Origin: Candidatus Cloacimonadales bacterium | Lineage (GTDB): Bacteria; Cloacimonadota; Cloacimonadia; Cloacimonadales; JAFGVF01 | Reading direction: 5' to 3' | Length of the DNA: 64,000 bases | NCBI GenBank assembly: GCA_963678315.1 | Contig: OY782781.1 | Location: forward strand, 2,016,001 to 2,080,000 | In this document: in pieces, positions 59,528-64,000 of the stretch | Position numbering within the stretch: position 1 is the first letter of the stretch | Layout of the letters: each line of letters opens with the position of its first letter | Notes under the pieces: model-generated | The model's database searches: none | Told to the model about the DNA's origin: nothing | Seen by the model: only the letters and a program-made list of their open reading frames with translations | Program-made: the position numbers and the translations under genes

Positions 59528-60009
59528 AGTATTTAATATAAAAATCTAATATATCTTTTTAAAGAGGTTGACTGAAAGATTTATGTAGGATGTTGTTTTT
59601 TGTAAGAGTGTGATTTACTTTGCGTAAGCATGAACCTAGTTCAACCTATCGGTGGATGCTTACACTCCTTCATCATCAATGCAGAATCTATCTGCACCGG
59701 ACTAAAATCTATGTCGTCCCTTTGGGACTCAATTCATTTATATCATTGTACATGGGGTACAAGACTCAGTCAAAGCCTGACACGGCCCTGGCTTAATACA
59801 TGATGACCTTTCAGGACTAATACATAACATCCGTTTGGGATTAATACATTATGACGTCCATTAGGAACTAAATACCAAATAAGAGAACTATCCACGAATG
59901 GCACAAATTACCCTAATTAAAACATTATAATCACAAAGCATTTAGATAGTAGGCAAGTTTTGTCACTAACTCCTCATCTCTGTCCAGTCCTAAATAATTT
60001 GACTATTTT

Positions 60010-61477
60010 TTCGTGTTATTCGTGCTTTTCGTGGTAAACTTCTCTGTTTGCAGATAAAGCTTAGCCTTTATGTCGCCCTTTCAGGGCTTTTTTTATTTTT
60101 TAACTATTACATGGAGGGTAAGCCTCCATGCTTAGTATATGCCACCCCTTCGGGGTTTTTATGGATAGCATCTCCTCAATTCTTCATTCATCATTCTTCA
60201 TTTTTAATTTCTTCCCTTTATCCGTGCTTATCTGTGTAATCCGTGGCTAAAAACAATTAAGACTTTCTTCCCTTTATTCTTGCTTTTCGTAGTAAACTTC
60301 TCTGTTTGCAGATAAAGCTTAGCCTTTATGTCGCCCTTTCAGGGCTTTTTTTATTTTTTTAACTATTACATGGAGGGCAAGCCTCCATGCTTAGTATATG
60401 CCACTCCTTCGGGGTTTTTATGGATAGCAACTCCTCAATTCTTCATTCATCATTCTTCATTTTTAATTTCTTCCCTTTATCCGTGCTTATCTGTGTAATC
60501 CGTGGCTAAAAACAATTAAGACTTTCTTTCGTGTCTTTTTGTGTATTTCGTGGTAAACTTTCCTGTTTGCAGATAAAGCCTAGCCTTTATGTCGCCCTTT
60601 CAGGGCTTTTTTTATTTTTTAACTATTACATGGAGGGCAAGCCTCCATGCTTAGTATATGCCACCCCTTCGGGGTTTTTATGGATAGCATCTCCTCAATT
60701 CTTCATTCATCATTCTTCATTTTTAATTTCTTCCCTTTATCCGTGCTTATCTGTGTAATCCGTGGCTAAAAACAATTAAGACTTTCTTTCGTGTCTTTTT
60801 GTGTATTTCGTGGTAAACTTTCCTGTTTGCAGATAAAGCCTAGCCTTTATGTCGCCCTTTCAGGGCTTTTTTTATTTTTTAACTATTACATGGAGGGCAA
60901 GCCTCCATGCTTAGTATATGCCACCCCTTCGGGGTTTTTATGGATAGCATCTCCTCAATTCTTCATTCATCATTCTTCATTTTTAATTTCTTCCCTTTAT
61001 CCGTGCTTATCTGTGTAATCCGTGGCTAAAAACAATTAAGACTTTCTTTCGTGTCTTTTTGTGTATTTCGTGGTAAACTTTCCTGTTTGCAGATAAAGCC
61101 TAGCCTTTATGTCGCCCTTTCAGGGCTTTTTTTATTTTTTAACTATTACATGGAGGGCAAGCCTCCATGCTTAGTATATGCCACCCCTTCGGGGTTTTTA
61201 TGGATAGCATCTCCTCAATTCTTCATTCATCATTCTTCATTTTTAATTTCTTCCCTTTATCCGTGCTTATCTGTGTAATCCGTGGCTAAAAACAATTAAG
61301 ACTTTCTTTCGTGTCTTTTTGTGTATTTCGTGGTAAACTTTCCTGTTTGCAGATAAAGCCTAGCCTTTATGTCGCTCTTTCAGGGCTTTTTTTATTTTTT
61401 AACTATTACATGGAGGGCAAGCCTCCATGCTTAGTATATGCCACCCCTTCGGGGTTTTTATGGATAGCATCTCCTCA
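60010..61477. repeat. Tandem array of a ~260 bp multi-hairpin unit, ~5.6 copies
   Basis: Anchor CAGATAAAGC at 60051, 60309, 60570, 60830, 61090 and 61350 (periods 258, 261, 260, 260, 260). Confidence 0.97.
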
Positions 61478-61514
61478 CTAACTTCTAACTCCTAACTCCT
61501 AACTTCTAACTCCT
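61478..61514 (+). repeat. 7-bp microsatellite (CTAACTY)n
   Basis: CTAACTT CTAACTC CTAACTC CTAACTT CTAACTC; degenerate version at 28243-28272. Confidence 0.85.
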
Positions 61515-61599
61515 GCCTTAAGGGTCACCTTGAAAAATCGGCTTTTTTTCAAGGAGGCAAGTAAGGGACAAGTGTCTGCTATGTGTTATATGAAACTGA

Positions 61600-62817
61600 T
61601 TAATGTGAGAATCTATTCAAGAATGCAGTTATTTTATCTTTATGCAAACCCTTCAAGACAATTTGATGATTGCCTATTAGATTATCAACCCAAGAATCAT
61701 CTTCATTAATTCTCATAATAGCTTGAGTTCTACAAATATCTTTATTTCCCATACTAGAATCGATGACAGAAGCTTCCATTATTGAATAAGTTTGGTGGTT
61801 TTCTCCGATTCTTAGGATAGTAACATTTTCATTATTTAGATGACCATTGATTGCTAGATTAAGATTTGATTCCATGTGAGTATCTAAGGAAATCCTCTTT
61901 TGAAAAGCTAAGAAGTCAATTGGAACAGTACAATGGGCTAAAGTAAGAAGATTTTCTTCTGCGTCTATATCTGATACATTAGCCATCCAGCCAATTTGAT
62001 TAGTGATAGCCTTTGCTAAGACAAGAGTGTACAATGCTTGAGTATCTCCTTCACAACCGGCAATAAGACCATTTCTATTCAATTCTGCTAAGGCAAGACA
62101 TGCTGTAACCTTATGTTTTAGCAAATCGAAACATTTGATTGTTAATGCAGACAGTTTATATTTTTTTGTAATTATATAAAGGGCATAGTATAATTTAGCT
62201 GACTTTTCAAGTTCAAGCTTGTCTATATTACTTGTATTAAATGTATTAGACCATTTATCTAAAGTAGAATTGATATCATCAATTGAAGATTGATGATAAA
62301 TATCTAAGACTTCTTTTAATTCTATATTGATTAAATTTATATTGAAAGTAGGGGGGAAGTTACATCTTTTAGGTCCAATCAACCAATCAGAAATCCCACC
62401 AATTAGACCAAAGTTCATTTTAGTAATTTGTTGTGCTTTCTTATAAACCTCAATAATAGAATTGTAGTTTTCTCTGCATTGGTCAAGATTATCATATCTA
62501 AAATGAAACATTTCTACTTTAGGATTATCTTTATAATAAGTTCTTAACTCAATACTTGCAGGTAAAGAATTTTCATTATCAAATGCTACAATCAGGGATT
62601 TCATAGAAGAATTATCAATGATACTTTGTGCTAAAGACTCTGTTCCACCAGTTAAGATAAAGACAACAGAATAGATTATGTTTTCGTTAGCAAAATCTAT
62701 TCGCTGATTGTCATTAATAATGTTAATCTCTTCTGAGTAAAGATTATACTTTTTTAGTTTATTAAGAGCAAAATCATTACTTGATAAGCTAGAATGTAGA
62801 GCGAAATATTTTATCAA
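61600..62817 (-). CDS. L-fucose/L-arabinose isomerase-related protein
   Basis: LTGGTE, NSLPASIE, IKCF, AGCEGD, LAHCTVP, CRTQ, GNH; TTG start with GGAGG. Confidence 0.75.
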   Translation of the reverse strand: MIKYFALHSSLSSNDFALNKLKKYNLYSEEINIINDNQRIDFANENIIYSVVFILTGGTESLAQSIIDNSSMKSLIVAFDNENSLPASIELRTYYKDNPKVEMFHFRYDNLDQCRENYNSIIEVYKKAQQITKMNFGLIGGISDWLIGPKRCNFPPTFNINLINIELKEVLDIYHQSSIDDINSTLDKWSNTFNTSNIDKLELEKSAKLYYALYIITKKYKLSALTIKCFDLLKHKVTACLALAELNRNGLIAGCEGDTQALYTLVLAKAITNQIGWMANVSDIDAEENLLTLAHCTVPIDFLAFQKRISLDTHMESNLNLAINGHLNNENVTILRIGENHQTYSIMEASVIDSSMGNKDICRTQAIMRINEDDSWVDNLIGNHQIVLKGLHKDKITAFLNRFSH

Positions 62818-64000
62818 TCTTCCTCCACAATATCTAAATAAATATCGTCAGTAACAGCACTAACTTGCACATTTATCACTTGAGCTAATTTAAAAGATTT
62901 CTTAGATTTACGTCCTCTAATAATCATTCTTTCTTCATCCAAGATATAGTAATCACCAACAATATTGCTCATTCTTATTACTCCTGTAACAGGGAAATCG
63001 TTAATTGTAGCAAATATATTAGATTTGTTCATACCAGTAATTACAGCTTGATATTCATTTCCTACACGGTCGTGCATAAAATACATTATCATCTTTTTCA
63101 TAATATCTCGGTAAGCTGAATCACTTAATATCTCTCTTTCCGTAGCTATCTGGGCAAATTCTTTCAATTTTACATTTTTGAAATTATAGCCTGATTTAGC
63201 TATAACATCCTTTAACTGATGGTGAATAATCAAGTCAGATAAACGTCTGATTGGAGAAGTAAAATGAGTGTAGTTTTGGATTGAGAGTCCAAAGTGTGCT
63301 TGGTTTTTAGTAGAATACTGAGCTTTTTTCATTGCTCTTAAAATCATTTTATTAAAGACTTTTTCTTCTGGCTTACCTTCAAACGATTTAAGCACTTTCT
63401 GTAAAACATGATTTAAAGTACCATCAAAAGTAATTTTATAACCATAAGCTCTTAGTAGTTTAGCTACTTTCTCAATCCTATCTTTATCTGGGAATTCATG
63501 AATTCTATAAATTGTTGTTGGACATTGTTCCTTTAGATAGCTAGCAACATATTCATTAGCAAGAAGCATGAAGTTCTCAATCAACTTGTGTGACTCAGTT
63601 TCTTCGCTTTCTGTAATATTAGCTAAATTACCTTCATCATCATAAATATATTCAATATCTGGAAGCTTAAAATTAATATAACCGCTTTCTTTTAGCTTAG
63701 CTGACAGCTTTCTAGAAAGTTCTCTAGCTTTAAAAAGCATGTCTTTTACTTCATCAGAATATTCAAAAACATCTTTATCAAACAAGGCATCAACTTCTTC
63801 ATAGTTTAAACGTGCATCAGAGAGAATAATAGATTCTGTAGCAGACTGTTCAATGATATTAAGATTTGTATCAAATCTTGTTACTACTGTAAGAGTCAGC
63901 TTCTCTTCATCAGGTCTGAGTGAACATAAACCATTAGAAATTTGTTCAGGTAACATAGGAATAACTCTCTTAGGAAAGTAAAAACTATTACCTCTTTGAC
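62814..64000 (-). CDS. rnr: Ribonuclease R (RNB plus S1), 3' part; 5' end outside the window
   Basis: QRGNSFYFPKRVIPMLP, LIENFMLLANE, HFGL...YTHFTSPIRR, S1 domain. Confidence 0.9.
   Translation of the reverse strand, partial: QRGNSFYFPKRVIPMLPEQISNGLCSLRPDEEKLTLTVVTRFDTNLNIIEQSATESIILSDARLNYEEVDALFDKDVFEYSDEVKDMLFKARELSRKLSAKLKESGYINFKLPDIEYIYDDEGNLANITESEETESHKLIENFMLLANEYVASYLKEQCPTTIYRIHEFPDKDRIEKVAKLLRAYGYKITFDGTLNHVLQKVLKSFEGKPEEKVFNKMILRAMKKAQYSTKNQAHFGLSIQNYTHFTSPIRRLSDLIIHHQLKDVIAKSGYNFKNVKLKEFAQIATEREILSDSAYRDIMKKMIMYFMHDRVGNEYQAVITGMNKSNIFATINDFPVTGVIRMSNIVGDYYILDEERMIIRGRKSKKSFKLAQVINVQVSAVTDDIYLDIVEED

Larger units (their letters stand above)
59619..61566. repeat. Mosaic palindromic intergenic element, copy C, containing the tandem array
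   Basis: 59619-59668 is the reverse complement of 16823-16872 (2 differences); 59703-59765 is an inverted homolog of ~17138-17200; terminal hairpin 61528-61557 shared with A and B. Confidence 0.88.

Noticed and set aside
60048..61278. Repeated 63-75 aa ORFs in the tandem array
   Set aside because: No RBS, broken by a 1-nt indel in copy 2, and made of hairpin and low-complexity DNA; by-products of the repeat
60010..61477. CRISPR-like array
   Set aside because: Units are near-identical along their whole 260 bp with no unique spacers; no cas genes in the window

Overview
AT-rich chromosomal window from a diderm (LPS-making) bacterium. My inference is Candidatus Cloacimonadota or a related FCB lineage, from FlgD/Por-type C-terminal domains combined with Shine-Dalgarno sites and sigma70-type promoters. 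Contents: (1) a dcw cluster from mraZ to ftsZ, followed by lpxB, with a murE-murF fusion and no murB or ddl; (2) a tightly coupled 8-gene operon of unknown function (17337-26047) encoding a PqqD/RRE-like protein, an ATP-grasp ligase, a fold-III PLP decarboxylase, a urea-transporter-like/M23 peptidase fusion, a TPR protein, a TPR plus beta-barrel protein, a lipoprotein and a CTD-secreted repeat protein; (3) an MltD-like gene, methylmalonyl-CoA mutase mutAB-meaB-rimO, xerD-lipoprotein-umuDC, envelope genes, an M16 protease pair, gmhB, lptD, murI, pyrG, a large CTD adhesin, a fucose-isomerase-like gene and rnr; (4) three intergenic mosaics of shared palindromic REP-like modules, one amplified into a ~260 bp x ~5.6 tandem array. 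The best candidate for an undescribed system is the PqqD/ATP-grasp/PLP/UT-M23 operon. It has a sigma54-like promoter and no visible precursor peptide, but its decarboxylase carries a leader-peptide-like YxxPxI motif at the N-terminus. All family calls come from motifs read by eye; no database searches were run.
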